A DNA stretch of 62,730 nucleotides, filler included, from Choristocarpus tenellus KU-1152 (taxonomy: Eukaryota; Protista; Phaeophyceae): assembly GCA_964200185.2 (NCBI GenBank). It is 9 parts of 9 records of this genome, joined end to end, with 100 filler letters (N's around TTAATTAATTAA, not from the genome) between each part and the next. Parts side by side here need not be neighbours in the genome. Positions count along the whole stretch, not along the records: positions 45,797 to 55,165 come from CAXNAD020003737.1; positions 55,266 to 62,730 come from CAXNAD020006113.1; 7 more parts are not named here. One strand, 5' to 3'. A program made the position numbers and the translations under genes. The notes beneath the pieces were generated by a model, which worked only from the letters and a program-made list of their open reading frames with translations, did not search any database and had not been told where the DNA came from. Shown here in pieces: positions 55,142-62,730 of this stretch (position 1 is its first letter; the number at the start of each line of letters is the position of its first letter).

Positions 55142-57041
55142 TATGTACTGTCCGGAACCCTCACCNNNNNNNNNNNNNNNNNNNNNNNNNNNNNNNNNNN
55201 NNNNNNNNNTTAATTAATTAANNNNNNNNNNNNNNNNNNNNNNNNNNNNNNNNNNNNNNNNNNNNCGCAAGAGCATCCTCCAGCGTGGAGAGGTGGGTTT
55301 GATGTCTGTACACAGCGTTATTTGTACCCGGTATATATTTTCGCCTGCTTGATGATTGAACAGTAGTCCTATCTCAGAACAATGTAATCCGACCGTACTC
55401 GCCACTGTCAGTTTGCAGTTACCATGCCTAGATGTCTGATGTACAAAGTTAGAGATCCCTCCAGCGTGGAGTTATGTGTATGTATAGGTGTGATATGTTT
55501 ATTTATGCTTCAACAATGTCATCTCATCCAGCCGTCCTTGCGCTGCTGCTGCAGTTACCACGCGCAAATACCCACAGAATTAGAGATCCGCTGCCGGCCC
55601 ACGATTCCTCTACAATTCCATCCCCCGTCCCTTATATCCACTTCCAACACACCTCCCATCCATATATACATATGTGCACTACTACAACAGGAACGGCACG
55701 AACAAAGAGAAGGACATGGCTCTGAAGCGAGACCTGGTGATATCCTGGATATACTACTGGGTGGATACGTACGGGCAGTTCATGCCTCACAAGACTGCAA
55801 TTGTGATCTACGCCGCGAACAAAGAGATAGGTTTTGCCCTTGGTTGTGGAGAGGTTGGCCACACCCTGCGTTGGAGTTAGTTGCAAACCATGTGACCCAG
55901 CAGTACGTGGAAGAAGTGGATCAAAGGAGTATTTCAAGTGGTGGGTGGTTATTACTTTGACCGGTCTGAGATTGTGGCTAAAAAAAAATGTGAAGCTTCG
56001 TATGAAGTACTATTTTTTTTCGTTGGAATGTCGAGACTATGATGATGATGATGATACTCTTCGTCGCTTTTATGGAGGAAGGCACAGTAACTGTTATTTC
56101 ACCGCTGTGTACACCTACTCTGCGGCCCCGGACCCGGTCTGACCTTGGTAGTAAAAGTGTGTACTTCGTATGTCTCAAGGACTTCACGATGATGATGATG
56201 ATGATGATGATGGTAGATTCACCTCCTTTACGTTTCTGCAAACGGCGGCGAGACCCGAAGAGAATGGCGCTCATGGCAGATTTACAAAGATCATTCTATG
56301 TGCTCTTTCATTATGCACGATGTAAGCTTGCTTGATCCTGTCTTCCATGTTGTCAGTTAAGTTATTGGTCAGCCCGCCTTCGAGAGATCATGCAGCAGTG
56401 TTCTTCGAGTGTTCCTTCTCAATAATTCCTCACTTACTTATCCACACAAACAACATTATTAATTAGGAGCTATACAAGGATTTTTGCTAAGAGGCAATAC
56501 GGGTGTATACTGACGACACTTCCAAGCAGGTAAGCAAGGTGCACTTCCTCCGATTGCTCAGAGAGGACAGGCCCAACATCAGGGTGAGCGTAGGAGGCGA
56601 ATTTATGAAAATGTGACATATGTGTCACGTTAAAAGAGAAGCGGCACAGTGCGCCTGATGTAAGACCCACAAACGACTCCACCGTCCTCGTGTCCATCGA
56701 CAAGGAGCTGTCAGACCATCGAAAGGTAGGTGTCCAGCGTTAATCTTGCGACAATCGTACAGTAGCAACATGTCGCCGTCATTGCCCTCCACAAGCACCG
56801 AAATATTTTTTTCTTTTTTTATACCTCATTCGTAGCGGGGCCCTTCAAAAGTGCCACAACATTTACAAAAAAAAAACATATGGGCACTTTCCGCGCACCA
56901 TTTTGGGTCAAATTCATCCTCCATAAAAAGCTCCATCCTCAATTTTGGTGATCGGCTGTTCTATCCCATTCCGTGTACACTTGGGAATCGTGTATGTCCA
57001 AACCCACTTGCTGGACCGGATCGATATTTTTTCTAGCCTTT

Positions 57042-57220
57042 GACTAGAAGTATCTGAGGGGGGAGGGGGAGGTCTATACCAGGGTGTCCATTGGGACAAA
57101 ATCAAGAAAAGTGCATTTTCATTATCTATCGGACGTATGCAACCACATCACCCAAAAATCTCGACATGAAAAAATTGACCCCAAACGGACAGCTGCCACC
57201 CCCCTCAGATACTTTGAGCC
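57042..57220. mobile_element. MITE family B, complete copy (~180 bp)
   Basis: GACTAGAAGTATCTGAGGGG...CCCCCTCAGATACTTTGAGCC with subterminal GTCCATT / AAACGGAC. Confidence 0.82.
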
Positions 57221-60200
57221 TGTCCGGACCATGTCCGCCAGGATTGTGTTAGTCTATCCTTGTCTGTTAGCCAGTTGGTCTAACATATTCTGACATGTTC
57301 AGACCATGTCCAGCACATGTTTTGTTAGTCTAGTCCATGGAGCAGACAGGTGTACTCCTGGACTAAGTATGACTCAAACAGACCGTTCACTTTATTTCGC
57401 TACTCCATGCAAAAAAAATGTACAAAATGATGAATGTGAAGTTACATCGTGTTGTATACTGTAGGTTGACGTAAGGTGGGGTTGCTAAATTGTACCAATT
57501 CTTTTTCGTCTACTCTGGAGTGATGAGAGTAGAAGCAAATATTAGTTTCTAGATGTCACTGAGTTTTCTTTGTTCCATACTGTGAAGAACATTATGTACG
57601 CGCACTGAGAAGTCAGGAAGAGTGTATGCGTGGAAAGTTGAAGTTCTTTATTTGTACTATCTACTTCGAGTGCTACAGTACTGTTTTCTGTTCTAATATC
57701 TGACCCTTGATCAATCATGATAAGTTTCTTCGTGTCTTGCACATGATATCATCTATGCAAGTCAAGAGACCACAATAGTCTTTCTATTTCAAGTGGATTT
57801 ACTTCAAAAAAAATAAAATATGTATAAATAAGAATAGAATAGAGAGCAACCTACCAATACAAGAAACTAGGAGCTAGATTTCAATTTCAAATTTCCCATA
57901 GTAGAATAGTTACAGAATTTTCACTGTTCGCATAGTCTTTAAAGTTTAGAGTGAGTGGGCCCATGTAAGGTGCTATGAGGTGACTGGCCTGTGTGTCAAA
58001 TGTATGTATCTTGCTCATCGGGTCATGGGCGAAATGTTCTAACATGGCCAGGTCCATGACCATCAACTACTTCCAACATAATCAGGCCACTGGCTGGTTA
58101 GGTACAAAAAAAAGAGCGCCCTCGTGGCTCAGTGCTCAAGCCAGTAGCTATCCCCATCAATTTAGTGGGTTCAATCCCCTTCGACGCCAGACTTCTTTTC
58201 GTGGAAATTTAGTTCCAGTCATTCCACCTGGCAATCTTAACTGATTGTACAGCTGAACCATCTTGTCTGTCCCTACACCACAAAAACGCCGGAGAGCAAG
58301 ATCAATGTGGAAACTTCGGGTGGGTCTAATAGAAGATTTGATGGAGGTGTCGGAGCAATAACCAGAGGAACGCTGCATCACAAGAAATAAGGCTGGAATG
58401 TAGGCAGTACCATTATATTTGCCAAAGTGCAACAGTTAGTAGGTAGTATGAGAAGTAGAGCAATATGTCGCCTCTCTGACTACGAGTTAGGATAGTCCCC
58501 AGACTAAACTACAGAAATAGTAAGGTTGAACATGGGTGAGTCCATGGTCATTGATTGTTTCAACATGGCCAGGTGGCACACTGGACAGCAACCATTACCA
58601 AGACGGTGGACATAACAACTGCCTGGCTCAGTGTAGACCCATGAAAAAATATATATTGTTTACAAGTGTGTTGAGACAGTGTGTTAAGTTTTATTACTTT
58701 GCCACTATCACCCTCCCCTCCTTCCCATCAGTTTATGTCACTGTCTAGTACTCCTTTCTGGTCCTGAGTACTTGGTACAAAAGGGTAGGGGGCGAGGTTA
58801 GGGTTACCGCTACAAGGAGACAACCCTTCCCCGTCTTCCACTATTGGTATCCACATGGAGGACAAGGGTTGGAGATATTTCATATGTTGTAATGATAATT
58901 GAAGCATGATACAGGTAAGCAAATTGACAGGGTCAGCAATATGTATGTTGGCTGTATACCTTGCAATATCATACCAGTCCGCCAATCTCTGAATATATTT
59001 TCTTATAGTCTCGGCATTTTCCAGATGTGTCAGGGAAAAAGTCAAATCAGTATGATAAGAACCTCTGCAAAAGTAACAGCTGTCGTAAATGTGAAAGGTA
59101 TCTTTCTATAATCGATTTACTATTTGACTACCAGCTATGGTATCTCCCAATGTATCATCAGCAGAAATCTCCCAATTTGATCTCAAAATAAGCACACCAC
59201 CGATTCTCGGCTATATTTACTTTGCTAAATGGATGGCCTTATCAAACCTCGTGTAGCATGTGAGGCATCAAAGGTTTGCCAACATGTCAGCTTCTAATAT
59301 AGTTCAAGCCTACCCCTGAGATTGACTTTCTAATAAAACAAATATATCATAAAATAGTGCTCTAATCACAACAATTGATACTTTGGAACTCAATTATATC
59401 ACAATCCACCAAATTCAAAAATCAAGGTGTGATCTTTTTTCCCCAAGGTGAATGCGTACTGCACACATTGCCAGCCAAGCTTGGCATTTTTTTGCCCTTT
59501 CTGCACACTTGATTGTAACTTACTACATACAGATCTTTCCAGCCAATTTAACTTAAATTCATTTATGCTTTTGATTCCCGACACTAAACAATAAATTCGG
59601 CAAACACACACATGCTCTGACATTATACAGCATCTGGAGTGTGTTGGTTCTTTCCGAAGTCTATGGGATGGACCCAAAGAGGATAAACATCAGAAGGTGC
59701 CTAGGGACTTGGTTCTCGTGGATTTTTAGTAGGTTATGAACTGTTGATACGCCCTTGGGGTTCACAATGTTGATATCCCTTTCCTTTTCTTGACCCTCTG
59801 CCTCACCGTTTCCTCTCTTACAGTCCGCTCTAGAAAAAGTCAACAAATATATCCCCGTCTTTTGGAATGGGATGAGAGAGTGCAGATTGCATCTCTTTTA
59901 CCAAACAACACACGAGACAGCCTTCAAGGTTCGGGTAAGTACTACAATTCTGCTCGCCTTGTGTTTGTCCCACACATTTAACACTGGCACCACTGTTGCT
60001 AGTCAAGACATAAATATGACGCATCCACATGTTCCTCCAGCCCTTGCTCCACAAGCCAAAAACGCCCTGTTCTACTTCCATTTCAGGTGGCCATAGTCAT
60101 TCTATTCTAAATACAGACTCCAACCTTGGACTGGAGCTAACTTTGAATGAGATCAGCCAAGCTTTACATTATGTGGTAACTGCATGTGTATTATTGTGGT

Positions 60201-61117
60201 CTAACAAAAACATGTACTAGTAATCAAAAACGACAGCATGTCAGCAACACAATCCCAACCCCCCCAGCATTGCATGTTAGTGTGTTAGTGCATCCAAACA
60301 AAAGACTAGCATTCAGTGCCAAGAGAATTTCCATGCACACAAACACACAAACACTAGTAACACAAACTGTGTCACATACAAACCTGTAGCACCATTCATT
60401 GAGTCCACCACTCCACCCCTCTAGAAACAAAAACAGCAAGCTGCCCAAACTACAACAACTTGACAGCAATTCACAAACTTCAGTAACAAAAACACAGCGG
60501 CGCAGTCAAGGTTCACCACCCTTATCATTGCCAACAAAATTATCCCAGTGGGACTCGCACCAACACCAAGCAAAAAGAGCCAGCTCCTCTCCAAAGCGAA
60601 CACAGGTCTCCCATCAAATCAAGCTATTCAGGTGTCGTTCAACCAATCATCAACACTAGATGCTACTCTCAGATGTGTTGGTTCTTCCTGGTCAGAAAGA
60701 AGGTTCCACAATACCATAGCCTGGAGACCTTTAACCCTAACCCTACCACAAAAACAATTGAATAATAAAATAAAGGCGGAAAAAAGTTGTCAAAAGCGAC
60801 AAAAAGGATAACGATCTAATCTAAGTCTCATCCCCGTGCGCTTCATGACTCTACTTACCAGAGAGCAGAGAGGCATCTTCAACTGTGGTTCCCAAAAGTC
60901 CTGCTGCCACCCCCTCATCAATACAAAGCATCCCCCTTATCCCCAAACATAGCAACACAAAGGCAGAACCTACCTGTGCACCCATTGCACATGGGAGAGG
61001 GGACACATGCCAGAAAACAAGCAGCAGGGAAGGCAAAAAAAGGCAGTGGGAACATGTGAGGAGCATCCTTTCAGTCTCCTACGCTCTCTTGTAGACACAA
61101 AGATGCAAGTCCTTCTC

Positions 61118-61268
61118 CTAGATGAGGTAATAATGCCTGCTGAGGAGCTCGGGCTCATCCTCCCAGACCTCGTATGTCAACCAGGACTCCATACTCCTTC
61201 CCTCAACCTCACAGAGCATCTCTGCACCCCGGAGGACTGCAGAAGTACTTGATCGCGAACTTGGATTT

Positions 61269-61345
<77 letters not shown>

Positions 61346-62469
61346 AGGAAGGAAGGAATGGGTCACAGGGAAGGAGCATGAGTAGGGATGGGAGCTATGC
61401 GCATTGGGGCACCACCACAGCAATTCAAGGAAGGGGGTAAGGATAAAAAAAAATACAGACCACTCCAATACACCGGAACACACCATAATTTTTTTTAACT
61501 CACGTGTGCCTTAGTTCGTCTCCATCTAATACCCTAACGTTCACCACACCACACAGTTGATCAGGGGCCGCTATCATGAGTTCCTGGACCATTCGAGGTC
61601 CTAGCCCAGGCAAGCTTGAGGTGCCCCCCACAAGCACAACATTGCTGAGCAGAGTCTCCCTAATGTCAGGAGTGCATGACATGATGGCATCCATCACCAG
61701 AGCAGCCAAGCTCATGGAACTCTCTCCCTCATTCCACAACTCTGGCTGAGTTGACAATTATGTGAGTTGGGAAAGAGGGAAGGGAATACTCTTCAGATAT
61801 GCTGATGCTGCAATGTAGTAGACAGTAGCTTCTTACCACATTTAGCACAAGTTGTTGAACACATTATGACAGGCTAGCCTCGTCACCTGCCAACTGTCAG
61901 GAGTAAATGCAATTACTAGGGAGAGCAGAGGTCACAAGAGAAGGGCACAACATGAATAATGACCATTGTATGTATAAACAAATAGAAATAGAATTAGCTG
62001 ATAATTACCATCACTTGCATTCATGAAGCTTGCTCAAATAAAATTTCCTCTCCCATGACCGTCAAATTTCATAAACACAGGAGACTCTTAATTGAATTTC
62101 AATTCATTCTTGTTATCACCGGCCATGGAACTGTTGTAAAAGACAATTGTTAGACGAACCTCTAGGGACGAGCAATAGGTTTAAACACTGCAGAGGCAAT
62201 TTAAGGGATAAAACAAAACTATAACAGTCCAGGGGCAATTCAAGTCGTCCGTGGAAATCTGGTCATGCTACTCTTGAAACCATTGTGAAATGCAAACAAA
62301 CAAAACACAGTCGGGTGGGCTCCCTGTCATCAAACAAGCAACTCTCGCCTGAAACAAGAGTTCCCCCGTGTGGAACCTCTCCCGACCAATCTTGATCTCA
62401 AGCTGCTCTCCATTCTTTTGGGTGAAAGAAACTGCCATAGGCTCATCATGATCACCGTCATTGTAGCAC
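61118..62469 (-). CDS. Divergent actin-related protein, last three exons
   Basis: Exons 62469-62349 (EIKIGRERFHTGELLFQ), 61745-61504 (PELW...DAIMSCTPDIRETLLSNVVLVGGTSSLPGLGPRMVQEL) and ~61246-61118 (SAVLRGAEML...WLTYEVWEDEPELLSRHYYLI*). Matches the actin-fold C-terminus; last acceptor uncertain. Confidence 0.85.
61272..61342. repeat. (CA)n microsatellite near the 3' end of the last ARP intron
   Basis: About 35 uninterrupted CA units. Confidence 0.97.
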
Positions 62470-62519
62470 CTGAAGTCAATTCAAAGGTCCCGCCAGTGAT
62501 TTGATTGGGATTGGAGTCA

Positions 62520-62695
62520 GGGTCAAAGTATCTGGGGGGGGGGTCGGCGTCCGTTTTTCACCCTTTTTTCTATTTTCACTTTTTTGCTGTGATTTGGTCG
62601 CACGTGTCGGATTTGAAATGTCAGCAAATATATAATCGTTTGACCAAAACGGACGCCCCCTCACAACCCCCCCCCCCCCCCAGATACTTTGAGCC
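62520..62695. mobile_element. MITE family B, complete copy (176 bp), 4-bp TSD GTCA
   Basis: GTCA|GGGTCAAAGTATCTGGGG...CCCCAGATACTTTGAGCC|GTCA. Confidence 0.92.
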
Positions 62696-62730
62696 GTCAG
62701 TAACACAACCAACGATATTATGGGTTTGGA

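Noticed and set aside
58157-60090. Possible exons on the minus strand downstream of the ARP gene
   Set aside because: Open frames exist, but no recognisable domain or consistent splice chain could be supported.
61174-61440. THTHTH / CVCVCV and poly-Pro/Gly ORFs
   Set aside because: Translations of a (CA)n microsatellite and of G/C homopolymers.

Overview
Eukaryotic, intron-rich DNA, most likely a photosynthetic stramenopile such as a brown alga. This is inferred from a diatom-like delta-6 desaturase, an organellar ThrRS with a bipartite-looking leader, long GT-AG introns and TTAGGG repeats. The window is not contiguous: nine contigs are joined by identical 100-nt artificial linkers (44 N + TTAATTAATTAA + 44 N), so adjacency across linkers means nothing. 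Host genes, mostly partial: an 11-exon front-end fatty-acid desaturase, P5C dehydrogenase 3' exons, a head-to-head pair of N-myristoylated CDPK/CaMK-like kinases (one looks like a pseudokinase), organellar threonyl-tRNA synthetase 5' exons, an SCP/NIF CTD phosphatase and the 3' exons of an actin-related protein. Much of the rest is transposon debris: Copia, Gypsy plus LTRs, mariner and an RLE-type non-LTR remnant. Three observations stand out. (1) A dense system of two related MITE families (about 16 full or partial copies, TIR G(A/G)GT(C/G)AAAGTATCT) sits with a decayed, intron-containing Sola2-like transposase that is followed by a matching TIR. (2) At four sites, paralog comparison or a flanking duplication shows that short TTAGGG patches were written into existing sequence. 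(3) A 107-bp perfectly folded-back TG...CA element with a 5-bp TSD lies inside a Copia gag.
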